Of a stretch of DNA of 64,000 bases, positions 1-9,050 are shown one piece after another. How positions within the stretch are numbered: position 1 is the first letter of the stretch; the number at the start of each line of letters is the position of its first letter. The stretch covers positions 186,001-250,000 of IMG/VR virus record IMGVR_UViG_3300023174_002543; one strand, 5' to 3'. Position numbers and translations under genes: made by a program. The notes below the pieces were generated by a model that saw nothing but the letters and a program-made list of their open reading frames with translations, made no database searches and was not told where the DNA came from.

Positions 1-460
1 CAATGGTTAATGTTGGGCTAACATATGTACCGGGATTAAAATCAGCACTTGTTGGAATAGCAGGCAATTCAATAGAAATAATACCACGACTAATAATTGG
101 ACTACCGCTAATGTTCAATGTAGTACTACGAATACCAACGTTAGTCACACCTGCTACTACACCACTTAAACTACCACTGACACTTATAGTTACGTTTCCG
201 TTACTATTATCCAATGTAATACCTGTACCGGATGTAAGTTTAGTAACCCCTGTATTAAGTATGCTTAGTGAATTGGCACTGGGATTAGTTACTAATATGC
301 CAGTACTGCCCGTGACGGTTAAATACGGGCTAGAATTGGTGAATAGATTTTCAAAGTTTGTTTCTACTTTAGTAAAGGCGGTATATAAATCATCAGAACC
401 CGTAGCCTGATTTTGTACCCCTACATTAATTATTTGTCTTCCTGGAATTGTATCTGCCAT
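1..460 (-). CDS. Partial structural protein with a T4 gp9/gp10-like baseplate or tail-fibre N-terminus (runs off the window)
   Basis: Not in the ORF track. Manual translation gives MADTIPGRQIINVGVQNQATGSDDLYTAFTKVETNFENLF..., resembling the IN.G....GTGD.L..A..K.N.NF..L start of baseplate/fibre proteins, then G/T/S/V-rich beta repeats. A GATAAATA motif lies upstream. Confidence 0.7.
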   Translation of the reverse strand, partial: MADTIPGRQIINVGVQNQATGSDDLYTAFTKVETNFENLFTNSSPYLTVTGSTGILVTNPSANSLSILNTGVTKLTSGTGITLDNSNGNVTISVSGSLSGVVAGVTNVGIRSTTLNISGSPIISRGIISIELPAIPTSADFNPGTYVSPTLTI

Positions 461-491
461 TTTATCACCCTATTGAGTATTTATCTTAAAT

Positions 492-815
492 CTAAACGCT
501 AAATGAACTTCCGCATCCACATGTACTTACCGTATTGGGATTGCTTATCTTAAATTCCGACCCCATTAAGTCCTCTGTATAATCAATTTCCGCGCCTTGC
601 ACATATTGAGCCGACATTGAGTCAACCAGGACACTTGTGGAACCTATCTCAAATTCAAAGTCATCTTCGTTTTTCATTTCATCTAGTGTAAAGCCATAAC
701 TAAATCCAGCACATCCTCCACCTTGCACAAACATACGTAGTTTGAGATCAGGATTGTTTTCCTCTGCTAAAATATCTGCTATCTTAACTTGTGCTGATTG
801 TGTTATTGTTATCAT
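492..815 (-). CDS. erpA: A-type Fe-S carrier (ErpA/IscA/HesB family)
   Basis: GGGCAGFSY and C-terminal TCGCGSSF motifs. Confidence 0.93.
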   Translation of the reverse strand: MITITQSAQVKIADILAEENNPDLKLRMFVQGGGCAGFSYGFTLDEMKNEDDFEFEIGSTSVLVDSMSAQYVQGAEIDYTEDLMGSEFKISNPNTVSTCGCGSSFSV

Positions 816-1357
816 ATATATCCTCTTACTTTATCAAAGAAACTTGGTTTATTTACTTCTGGACCTTTTACGTCACCATGACGTTTATGTTGGCTAGCAT
901 AATCATAGTACTTACCAACAACATCAAATCCTGGTTTAAAGAATATAGCTGCGGGTGGTCTGCTCATACGTAACATACCTACACGTTCTTTACCTTCTGG
1001 TGCAGTAACAATACCCTTTGTATTGTAGTCAACTTTTTGCAACCATGCATTGGGTTTTAACTTCACAAGCCAGACGTATGGATGCTCCCCGGCAAACAAA
1101 CTATCTGCATTAATATATTCTTTTAAGGGATAGAACCAAAGAGCCGGACGTCCCTTCCCTGCACCGATATAGTCTACACTAAAGTCAGGATCTTCTAGGT
1201 CGGGACTACGACCAAACTTTTGTTTTGCACTGAATGCTAATTGGTCCAATCTAGTGAAACGCACAAAGTATTCACCAGAACCATGTTTACGTACATCACG
1301 CATAATTTGATCCTTGATGCTGACCTTGGCTTCAGTAATAAATTCAGTAGCTCTCAT
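812..1357 (-). CDS. Putative capsid-packaged protein with [10 protein letters not shown] leader; function unknown
   Basis: Leader shared with the next two genes; single domain of about 170 aa. Confidence 0.6.
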   Translation of the reverse strand: MRATEFITEAKVSIKDQIMRDVRKHGSGEYFVRFTRLDQLAFSAKQKFGRSPDLEDPDFSVDYIGAGKGRPALWFYPLKEYINADSLFAGEHPYVWLVKLKPNAWLQKVDYNTKGIVTAPEGKERVGMLRMSRPPAAIFFKPGFDVVGKYYDYASQHKRHGDVKGPEVNKPSFFDKVRGYI

Positions 1358-1361
1358 TATT

Positions 1362-2948
1362 TTATTTCTTTATAGGTTTCCAATGGAATATAATCATACC
1401 CATATTAGGATATTCTTCATGTTGCCATTTTGGTCCTAATATATTCTGAATTACTGGGACGAAATATTTACGATACAAACTAGCACGGTTATCGCCTTTG
1501 GCAGTAAATGATATAGCCGGCGGCCGAGCCTTAGCCATGTATTCAGGCAACTGCTTTTTAACAATATTGAGAACTGTGCTTAATATCTTAATCGTTGATT
1601 TACTAGCCGAAGTAGGCATCTCGGGTGCATCATAATCTCCATTCACTGTAAACGTAATATGTAATGTGTCATTAAATTCACTACGGTCAAAGAATACATC
1701 TACCCAATGATTATCTACTGTAGAATGAAATAGGCTGCGCTTTCTTTTGTTATTGGGTTTATATTCACTAGGACTATCACCTAATTCAGTAAGTTGTTTT
1801 TGTGGTTTGATACGTGTTAATGTATAGATCGCGGCACTGGGATAATCTTTTCTTGTCAAATCGTAACCGGTACCAGTGATATATCTTTGAAGCATTCTAT
1901 CATACAGTCTAGCTCTACTGCCTGTAGGGTCATCATCTTTTTCTGCACTGAAATTCAACATCACCGGTTTACGCTTGGCAATGAATTGTTGCATGGCAGT
2001 CAACACAGTGGCAAACACACGCGGAGCATCGCCTTCTCCGGTGATCTCCATGTTTTCATCACGCTCAAACTCCACCATCCAGCTGTTGTCGCCCTGGGCC
2101 ATGAACAGTACAACTAATTCACTGCCGTCATCTAAGTCGGATGTAGCATGCCAGTCACCATTTGTTTTTTCCCAATGAACATTATAAGGTTGGTTAAAGG
2201 CTTCTAGTATACCTTGTTCTTTAAGTTGCGGTATCGGAACATATGCTAGTATATCTTTTTTATTCATTAACTCGGCAGCGGCCCATGCTCTATGTGTACC
2301 ATCTAATATATAACCTCTTGTATCTATAACAATAGGTCTCTTGTCTATATGATGCATACTATATTCACCTGCATGTCTAAAGTCTACAAATCTGCCACGA
2401 CCGTATGGATCATATGTATCAGGTTCTTGTTCTGCATCATCATACTCTTGGTCAGGTATATGTAGACTAGATAAAGGAACACGCTTCAATTGATATTGCG
2501 GATGACGCATTATTAATCTCTTTAAGAATCCACCACCTTGTTGGTCTTTAGGATGTATATCACCTACATAATTCCATACTTCTATATTGGATACAACATT
2601 AGAATTTGTTTCTTCCCAAACACGAACTTCTTCTCCACGGTGTTTATTCCAGAAACCTGCACCTGCATCAGTTTGGTCATAACTTCTAACAATCTTATAG
2701 CCAAGTTTTTTGATATAATCATACATCACTTTAGCAATACCTTGACCTTGATATTTTTCATTAACCCACAGGTCTTGTGGATCTAGCTCTTTGTCATCAC
2801 CCATATAGAATGTAACATGACCTAATACGTTATTACCCCAGTCATCAAGGGCATCAACCATTAACTCATAGTCATTCTTGGTTACTTTTAGTGTTATGCC
2901 TTCGTAGTCTACTAGTTTGGCTTCTGTTATAAATTCACTTGCTCTCAT
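1362..2948 (-). CDS. Multi-domain putative internal head protein: GNAT-like, ParB/Srx-like and two copies of a repeated ~130-aa domain
   Basis: MRASEFITEA leader. GNAT motif A (VNEKYQGQGIA...QTDAGAGFW). ParB motif (PIVID...ILDGTHRAWAA). Linkers VWEE, QGILEA and QLTE. Confidence 0.7.
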   Translation of the reverse strand: MRASEFITEAKLVDYEGITLKVTKNDYELMVDALDDWGNNVLGHVTFYMGDDKELDPQDLWVNEKYQGQGIAKVMYDYIKKLGYKIVRSYDQTDAGAGFWNKHRGEEVRVWEETNSNVVSNIEVWNYVGDIHPKDQQGGGFLKRLIMRHPQYQLKRVPLSSLHIPDQEYDDAEQEPDTYDPYGRGRFVDFRHAGEYSMHHIDKRPIVIDTRGYILDGTHRAWAAAELMNKKDILAYVPIPQLKEQGILEAFNQPYNVHWEKTNGDWHATSDLDDGSELVVLFMAQGDNSWMVEFERDENMEITGEGDAPRVFATVLTAMQQFIAKRKPVMLNFSAEKDDDPTGSRARLYDRMLQRYITGTGYDLTRKDYPSAAIYTLTRIKPQKQLTELGDSPSEYKPNNKRKRSLFHSTVDNHWVDVFFDRSEFNDTLHITFTVNGDYDAPEMPTSASKSTIKILSTVLNIVKKQLPEYMAKARPPAISFTAKGDNRASLYRKYFVPVIQNILGPKWQHEEYPNMGMIIFHWKPIKK

Positions 2949-4894
2949 AGTACTGCCAAATATTCTTTAAATTTATTGTGTCTATCTTGTAGTCCACTTA
3001 GACCGGGATTGATTGCATTGGTTACTTCTTTTGTGTTGCTAAAATTACTAACATTGGGTCTAACTTGATTCTTCCAGAACCATAGTGCAATTTGAGCACC
3101 TACATCTAGATTACTAGCCAGGTCGGGGTTTTTTACCAATCTATCATCTCCGAATATTTGCTTGCTTGCTCGGGTATAATTGTCACGTCCAGTCAACTGA
3201 ATAAAGCCACGACCTTTAAATAGTTCTCCGTCGCCTTTTACTTTGTTACCTAATTGTCTTGCCTTGCGCGGAGCTTCATATTTGGCAAATCTTTTTTTAT
3301 TGCCCACTTCCTTCATCTTACCAAAGTCCCAACTCTCATGCCGAGTCTGAGCCATGAATTGTGCCAGTTCTACTCCATTGAGTCCTGCGGCTTTAGCAGC
3401 AGTTTGTAGTGCAGCTTCAGCATCACTATTGTCACTTAATAATGTTACACCTTTTTCTTCTTCTTTGTCATCACGTGAAAACTTTGGAATCATTGATGTA
3501 AGTTTATCTTTAAATGAAGTTGTTGGTTGTGCAACTGGTTGTGCAACTTTAGTAGGCTCTTGCTTAAGAGTAGGCTTTACAGTAGCGGGCATTTTACTAA
3601 TAGGTTTAGAATAATCAGGTACTATAACTTTTTGTCCTATTTCTAACTTAGTATTACGACCCATCTTGTTGAGTTTGTATATCTCTAATGGATTTACATT
3701 GTTTTGTCTTGCTATACTGTAAACGGTATCTCCGGGTTCAACTATTTGTTGAACCATTTGAGGAGCCTTTGCATTAGCACCCATTGCCATCGCACCTGCC
3801 ATAGCACCTGTTGCTAGTGCAGATTTCCAATCTTCTTCTAACTCATTTTCTGTTACACCTTGCTTACTTTCATTCATACCCTCTGCACCATAATGAGCAA
3901 TTTTACCTGCTTTGTGCATGTTTTTTACTTGTTTGAATACTTTATCTAAATCATCAGTAACACGGACTATCCACCCTTGACTAGCGATATATTTAAATGG
4001 ATCACCGATGGGCATTTGTTTAATAGGCTTACTAGGATTTTCACTAAACCATTCACCTGTTGGTAATTGTCTGAAATCGCCAGCATCAAACACAGTTAAG
4101 TAAGTTTTACGACTACGCATTGCTGGCAAATCTTTTTGGTCAAAATAAACAATAGGTTGACCGTTTTGCGTAAACTCTACATAGCGTGTTTCATGTGCAT
4201 TGCCTGTAGCGTACAGTGCTGTTCTACGCGGATCACCGGCAAACAATCCTTTAGTAGTGTTAGTTTTAAGATTTTTGTTTTTCCAATAACTATCGTCACC
4301 TGTATCTAAACCACTCTGACTCCAATCATCCGTATGCTTGTATGCTTTGAGGCCAGACACAAAATCTGTGACAGGTTTAGAATCAATTCGTGTTACTGTT
4401 GCACCTTCCGCCACACCTTGTTTTAATCTACTCAATTCATATATAACTAAATCACCATTATCTGCACGAAAAGCCCTATAACCCCAGGCTTTGGCATAAC
4501 GAATCACCAGTCTGTCATACAACTTGGCACGACTCTCAGGATTTGGTTGAGGCTGGTCAGGCTCATAATATATTGTTGGATCAGTTGCTTTAATAGCTGA
4601 AAAACTCAATCTTGAAGGTTTGTATTTTTTGATGTATTTTTGTATAGCGTTTAACACCGTGGCAAAGATACGCTGTGCATCACCTTCGCCTGTGACTTCT
4701 TGGCTGTTGTTTCTATAAAATTCAACCTGCACTACTTCTTTGCCTTCGTCATCTTGTTGATTGTTGAACATGATGCTTAAATTTGTTCCGTCGGGCAATT
4801 TTGTGTTTAAATCAACGTCACCGTAATCGCTTTTTTCCCATTTGCCTTTATAGGGTTGGTCAAAGGCCTCTGTTATAAATTCACTTGCTCTCAT
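2945..4894 (-). CDS. Multi-domain virion-associated protein: repeated domain, unknown domain, LysM and GH19 lysozyme/chitinase
   Basis: Start moved to MRASEFITEA (ATGA overlap with the sod stop). LysM: VEPGDTVYSIARQNNV. GH19: AQTRHES, GRGFIQLTGRDNY, INPG. Linkers QGVAEG and QGVTEN. Confidence 0.8.
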   Translation of the reverse strand: MRASEFITEAFDQPYKGKWEKSDYGDVDLNTKLPDGTNLSIMFNNQQDDEGKEVVQVEFYRNNSQEVTGEGDAQRIFATVLNAIQKYIKKYKPSRLSFSAIKATDPTIYYEPDQPQPNPESRAKLYDRLVIRYAKAWGYRAFRADNGDLVIYELSRLKQGVAEGATVTRIDSKPVTDFVSGLKAYKHTDDWSQSGLDTGDDSYWKNKNLKTNTTKGLFAGDPRRTALYATGNAHETRYVEFTQNGQPIVYFDQKDLPAMRSRKTYLTVFDAGDFRQLPTGEWFSENPSKPIKQMPIGDPFKYIASQGWIVRVTDDLDKVFKQVKNMHKAGKIAHYGAEGMNESKQGVTENELEEDWKSALATGAMAGAMAMGANAKAPQMVQQIVEPGDTVYSIARQNNVNPLEIYKLNKMGRNTKLEIGQKVIVPDYSKPISKMPATVKPTLKQEPTKVAQPVAQPTTSFKDKLTSMIPKFSRDDKEEEKGVTLLSDNSDAEAALQTAAKAAGLNGVELAQFMAQTRHESWDFGKMKEVGNKKRFAKYEAPRKARQLGNKVKGDGELFKGRGFIQLTGRDNYTRASKQIFGDDRLVKNPDLASNLDVGAQIALWFWKNQVRPNVSNFSNTKEVTNAINPGLSGLQDRHNKFKEYLAVL

Positions 4895-5445
4895 AGACTC
4901 TTGCCCCAACGTGTATTGATGACATTCCAGTTTATGATCTTCCATTGTTCACGCAAATACTTCTTTTTATCGGCTCCGTAGTCAAGTGTCCAGGCATGTT
5001 CCCACCAATCAATTAATAACAATATATCATTACGAACTTCATGGTTTTTGATTGTTTTGAGTTTGCCATCACTTGCTAGATAAATCCAACCACTACCCTG
5101 TATAGTCATAGCCTCAGTCTCAATACTATCTTTGAGACCGTCGTAACTTCCATAATGCTTGTTTATAAATCCAAGCATAGGGCCGTTGGGCTTGTTATTG
5201 TTGCGTACCTCACGGAACTGAGGGAACAGAGTATTGTGTAGGAAAGCACCTGCGTAGTTAAATTCTTTATCACCTTCACCCTTGTTATATCTATCAGCAT
5301 ATCCATGTGCTAGTTTACCAAAGTGCAAGTCTAAGGCACCGGCACTGAATACAGGCTTTACATCCTTATATTCAAAATTTAACGGAATGATTTCTATATC
5401 TTGAGGCTTGTTTTTATCCTCAAGAAGGCTGATTATATCTCGCAT
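4891..5445 (-). CDS. sod: Fe/Mn superoxide dismutase
   Basis: LHFGK..HGY, FLHN, QGSGW and DWWEHAW motifs; the H/H/D/H metal ligands are present. Confidence 0.9.
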   Translation of the reverse strand: MRDIISLLEDKNKPQDIEIIPLNFEYKDVKPVFSAGALDLHFGKLAHGYADRYNKGEGDKEFNYAGAFLHNTLFPQFREVRNNNKPNGPMLGFINKHYGSYDGLKDSIETEAMTIQGSGWIYLASDGKLKTIKNHEVRNDILLLIDWWEHAWTLDYGADKKKYLREQWKIINWNVINTRWGKSL

Positions 5446-5471
5446 ACTTATATTTATCGTATGCGAGATAT
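5435..5471 (-). promoter_or_regulatory. 13-bp inverted repeat covering the sod start codon, with a late-promoter-like motif in the loop
   Basis: Minus strand reads ATATCTCGCATAC-GATAAATATAA-GTATGCGAGATAT. Confidence 0.75.
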
Positions 5472-5476
5472 GTTTA

Positions 5477-7816
5477 TCAGAAGCGTACTGCTAATTGAAT
5501 TTGTGCTATATCAGCAACGACTCCATTTTGTCTTTGTTGACCTATTTTTAGTATCATAGTAGAGTTGTTTTGTGCGTTATACATCAATGTTCCGTAAGCA
5601 GTAGATAGATTTTTATTGTTTTGTGCTACTTCCCCGGATACTGCCCAATTTTGATTAAATTGGTGTTCATAGCGCATTCCATACTCTGTAGTATCAACTG
5701 TTTGCTTTAGGTTAGTATAGTCAACTGCTGTTAGTGAAGAACCAGTTTCCATAACATAGTCACGTGAATTATGTTCTTTTCTAGCACCAACGAAAGGTCT
5801 GAATCCCTTCATAGCAGGGGTATATACACGCAAATGCGCCCAGGTATCCTGACCATGTGTATTAGCATTGTTACTCATACTTAATTCAGGTAATGTATGG
5901 AATGTATTATAAGTATTTTTGGATTGTCCTACATCAGTTTTAAATATCCAATCATTATGTACATATAGGTTATAGATAGTAAGTGCTTCTTTGTATAAAC
6001 TACCGCCACTGTTAGTGCCATCTAATACAGTGCTTATTCGGTTGTATTGTAAACCTAACAATGAAGAACGACTAATTCTATGCTCTGCACCAAATGTATC
6101 TATTGTTGCAGTATAACTATACCCATCTGATAAGTTAGACTTTGTTTTTGAACCATGTATATAAATGTTAATATCACGGTCATCAAAACTACGGTTAGAG
6201 ATTCTATCGTCTTTAACTAAGTTTCTACTTAATGGATCACTTAATAAACTATAGTTGATTCTAGTATTGGTTTCAGATAGTTTATCCATTTGGTCAATGC
6301 GTGTAGTATAGTTTTGATCCGTTGAGGTAATCTGAACATCATCTACAATAGTTGTAGTTGTTGTCACATCATTTCTTGTAGTAACTACGGTTACAGGAGT
6401 ATCTGTTGTAGTAGTTGTTGTACCATCACTCCAAGTAGTAACTGAAGTAGGAGTTGTAACGGTAGTTATAGTTACCGGTGTTGTATTAGTAACCACAGTA
6501 GTTACAGGTGTTGTACTAGTTAGTGTGGTAGTACGAATGATATTGAGTTCTCTTACACCACGCTCACCTCTAGTATTAGCATATGTAGTAACATCAACGG
6601 TTGAACCCCTTGTTATATTACTTGTTGTTACTGTTGTACCTGGTGTTTCTGTTACTACAACCGATGATGTGCCCGGTGTAGTACTGACTACTGTAGGTGC
6701 AGGTGTAGACATACTGCTTACAGAGCCTGCGGTTCCTGGATTAGCAATAGAACCAACTAATGTACTTGTGCTGGTTGATGTGTTATTACTATCATAGTAA
6801 TAGGTAACTTCACCTATCTGTACGCTATCACATGCTAATGTACCTAATGCTGATTGACAACCTGATATTGAACCATACGTATCAATAGCCTTAATGCTAG
6901 GGAATGTTATAAAGTAATAAACATATGGATTATTATTATTAATAGTAATCATACTTGTTTGAGTATAACGACCGCTGACATTTTCTAATGTTGTACTTTG
7001 ATTTGCAGTAATCTCAGTCCAAGTACGACCATCATTACTACCATACAAGGTAAACTTAGTAGGATCTCTTGGTACAAAGTCGTTAGCAGTAGTAAATTTA
7101 ATACCATTGATGACTTTACCTGCATTCAATGTAATTGTAAATCCTGCATTAGCACGGTCAAAGTTTAAATATTTCGTACCACTACTTCCGTCAACTGCCT
7201 TAGTTGCACCTTCACCACTTGGACTATTACTACTTGTAGGAGTAACAGTACTGATAATGCTACTTGTAACTGCTGTATAGTTTACAGTAGGTGCAACAGT
7301 TTGTCCTGCGGCTAATGGAGTAGTTGAACCACCTACACTCAATGCATTAACTTGTGATAATGTTGGATTGCGTGTTCCAGTCCATGACAACCCACTAGTG
7401 TTAGCAAAACCTTGTGTCATACTAAACAACTGACCGGTGTTGTTATCATTGCCCACAAAGAAGAAATAGTCTGTGCCCATATTAATAATATGCCCAGTGC
7501 CCATTACTGCTTTTTGAACGCCTGCTGAATTATATTGAATAGCATTGTATGGATTTGTGCTGTTACCTGTAGCTACAAATTTAATATAGTCTCCGGAAGA
7601 CCAACTTAGTTGACCACTTGTCCATGGAATCTTATATGCTGTTCCAGGATTTTTACTATAGATTTGACAAGTGGTCGTATTCATACAAGCATTAACATTC
7701 CACTGACTATCTGCTATCTGTGCTTGACCAAATTGTAAATCTGTAAAATCTGCACTTGCATTTACGCTCATGGCGGTAAGCAGAGCCATAATGGCTCCCT
7801 TTAAAAATCTTATCAT
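5477..7816 (-). CDS. Autotransporter-like outer-membrane protein: signal peptide, F5/8 type C (discoidin)-like domain, Thr-rich stalk, C-terminal beta-barrel
   Basis: Signal peptide ending ASA. Discoidin pattern AVDGSSGTK...RDPTKFTLYGSNDGRTW. Alternating beta-strand C-terminus ending in Phe (QLAVRF). Confidence 0.7.
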   Translation of the reverse strand: MIRFLKGAIMALLTAMSVNASADFTDLQFGQAQIADSQWNVNACMNTTTCQIYSKNPGTAYKIPWTSGQLSWSSGDYIKFVATGNSTNPYNAIQYNSAGVQKAVMGTGHIINMGTDYFFFVGNDNNTGQLFSMTQGFANTSGLSWTGTRNPTLSQVNALSVGGSTTPLAAGQTVAPTVNYTAVTSSIISTVTPTSSNSPSGEGATKAVDGSSGTKYLNFDRANAGFTITLNAGKVINGIKFTTANDFVPRDPTKFTLYGSNDGRTWTEITANQSTTLENVSGRYTQTSMITINNNNPYVYYFITFPSIKAIDTYGSISGCQSALGTLACDSVQIGEVTYYYDSNNTSTSTSTLVGSIANPGTAGSVSSMSTPAPTVVSTTPGTSSVVVTETPGTTVTTSNITRGSTVDVTTYANTRGERGVRELNIIRTTTLTSTTPVTTVVTNTTPVTITTVTTPTSVTTWSDGTTTTTTDTPVTVVTTRNDVTTTTTIVDDVQITSTDQNYTTRIDQMDKLSETNTRINYSLLSDPLSRNLVKDDRISNRSFDDRDINIYIHGSKTKSNLSDGYSYTATIDTFGAEHRISRSSLLGLQYNRISTVLDGTNSGGSLYKEALTIYNLYVHNDWIFKTDVGQSKNTYNTFHTLPELSMSNNANTHGQDTWAHLRVYTPAMKGFRPFVGARKEHNSRDYVMETGSSLTAVDYTNLKQTVDTTEYGMRYEHQFNQNWAVSGEVAQNNKNLSTAYGTLMYNAQNNSTMILKIGQQRQNGVVADIAQIQLAVRF

Positions 7817-7904
7817 TGTAGAACTCCTTTGTTATTTTTATTATTGTTTGTCTACAATAATATTTAACTAAAGAGTTGGTGCAATCAATGCTAGTATTTA
7901 TTTT

Positions 7905-8798
7905 TTAGCAGTTGTACACGCCTGGATCCATAACTATAGTACCATTACCGTCTGAATTATACCAACTACCTCCGCCAGCACCAGCACCACTGTATGGGCT
8001 ATCCGAACTACGTGATAATCCTATGAAGGTTAACTGGTGTCCTACTGCACTGTTATCTTCTGCTAATGTAGGATTTCCATACCCAAGTGATTGAATCAAT
8101 GCGATACAATTTGAAACAGCAGGTAATGGTGCAGTTGGAACTGTAATTGTACTTGATGTTGGATTATATACATACGAATTTGAAACTATGCGAATATCTG
8201 TTTGATAACCTACAAAAGGTAAACCATCTTGCGGATTTGGCCAACCATTACCAATAGTCAATGAATTAGATTCATACACTATATTGTCTGTTTGCGTACC
8301 ACCGCAACGAACTCCGTTAACCCAAACGGCCTCTACATTACTATTGGCAGCATTTCTACTTACTGCAATATGATACCAAACATTTTTTACAAAATTTGTA
8401 CTAGGTACATATATATTTTGACCAACAAAATATCCATCTACTCTTATGTTTGAATTATTAACTGTTTGACTACCGTCCCAATAATTATCATTAACATATA
8501 TTCCTAGATAGTGCGGTTGTCTTGTGGTATCGCTTGGACTACCTATAAAAGTACCTACGCATCTACTAGCACTATTATCCCATTTAACCCATCCCTCTAC
8601 TGTAAATGAACGGGTAGTAGTTGGTCTTGCTTTACCAGTTATGAGATTATAAGGTCCGGTATAATCTGTGTTATTTACGATAGCGTCATTTGGAGTAGAA
8701 CCGGATCCACCTCCACCTCCGCCTGTGCCGGCTCCGAATGTGATCCCTTTGCCTATTGTTAGGCCTGCGTGTAATGTTAATGTTAATGGTGCAACCAT
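7905..8798 (-). CDS. LamG/concanavalin-A-like lectin domain protein, probably virion-associated
   Basis: FTVEGWVKW, WYHIAVSR and FVGYQTDIRI motifs; Gly linker. Confidence 0.75.
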   Translation of the reverse strand: MVAPLTLTLHAGLTIGKGITFGAGTGGGGGGSGSTPNDAIVNNTDYTGPYNLITGKARPTTTRSFTVEGWVKWDNSASRCVGTFIGSPSDTTRQPHYLGIYVNDNYWDGSQTVNNSNIRVDGYFVGQNIYVPSTNFVKNVWYHIAVSRNAANSNVEAVWVNGVRCGGTQTDNIVYESNSLTIGNGWPNPQDGLPFVGYQTDIRIVSNSYVYNPTSSTITVPTAPLPAVSNCIALIQSLGYGNPTLAEDNSAVGHQLTFIGLSRSSDSPYSGAGAGGGSWYNSDGNGTIVMDPGVYNC

Positions 8799-8834
8799 GA
8801 TAATCCTTTTTAATTATCACGTATTTATCTCTTT

Positions 8835-9050
8835 TTAACGTCTACGGGTAATTCTGCCCTTAGATAAATCATAGGGGCTAAACTCTACCTCTACAGTATC
8901 GCCTAATAATATCTTAATATCGTGCTTACGCATTCTACCACTAATATAGCCCATTATGATATTACTACCGGGCATCTCTATCCTAAACATAGCGTTGGGT
9001 AATACTTCTACTACCTTCCCGTCTAGTTTAATACCTTCTTCTTTTGCCAT
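8835..9050 (-). CDS. infA: Translation initiation factor IF-1
   Basis: 71 aa; G.VVE.LPNAMF, ISGRMRK..I.IL.GD.V.VE.SPYDL.KGRI. Confidence 0.96.
   Translation of the reverse strand: MAKEEGIKLDGKVVEVLPNAMFRIEMPGSNIIMGYISGRMRKHDIKILLGDTVEVEFSPYDLSKGRITRRR

Noticed and set aside
3-410. Plus-strand 135-aa ORF and the many other short plus-strand ORFs in the track
   Set aside because: They are antisense shadows of well-supported minus-strand genes, with no RBS or recognisable motifs.
6340-6720. Thr/Val-rich low-complexity stretch as a DNA tandem repeat or diversity-generating target
   Set aside because: Codons vary, so the repetition is at the protein level only, and no reverse transcriptase or template repeat is visible.
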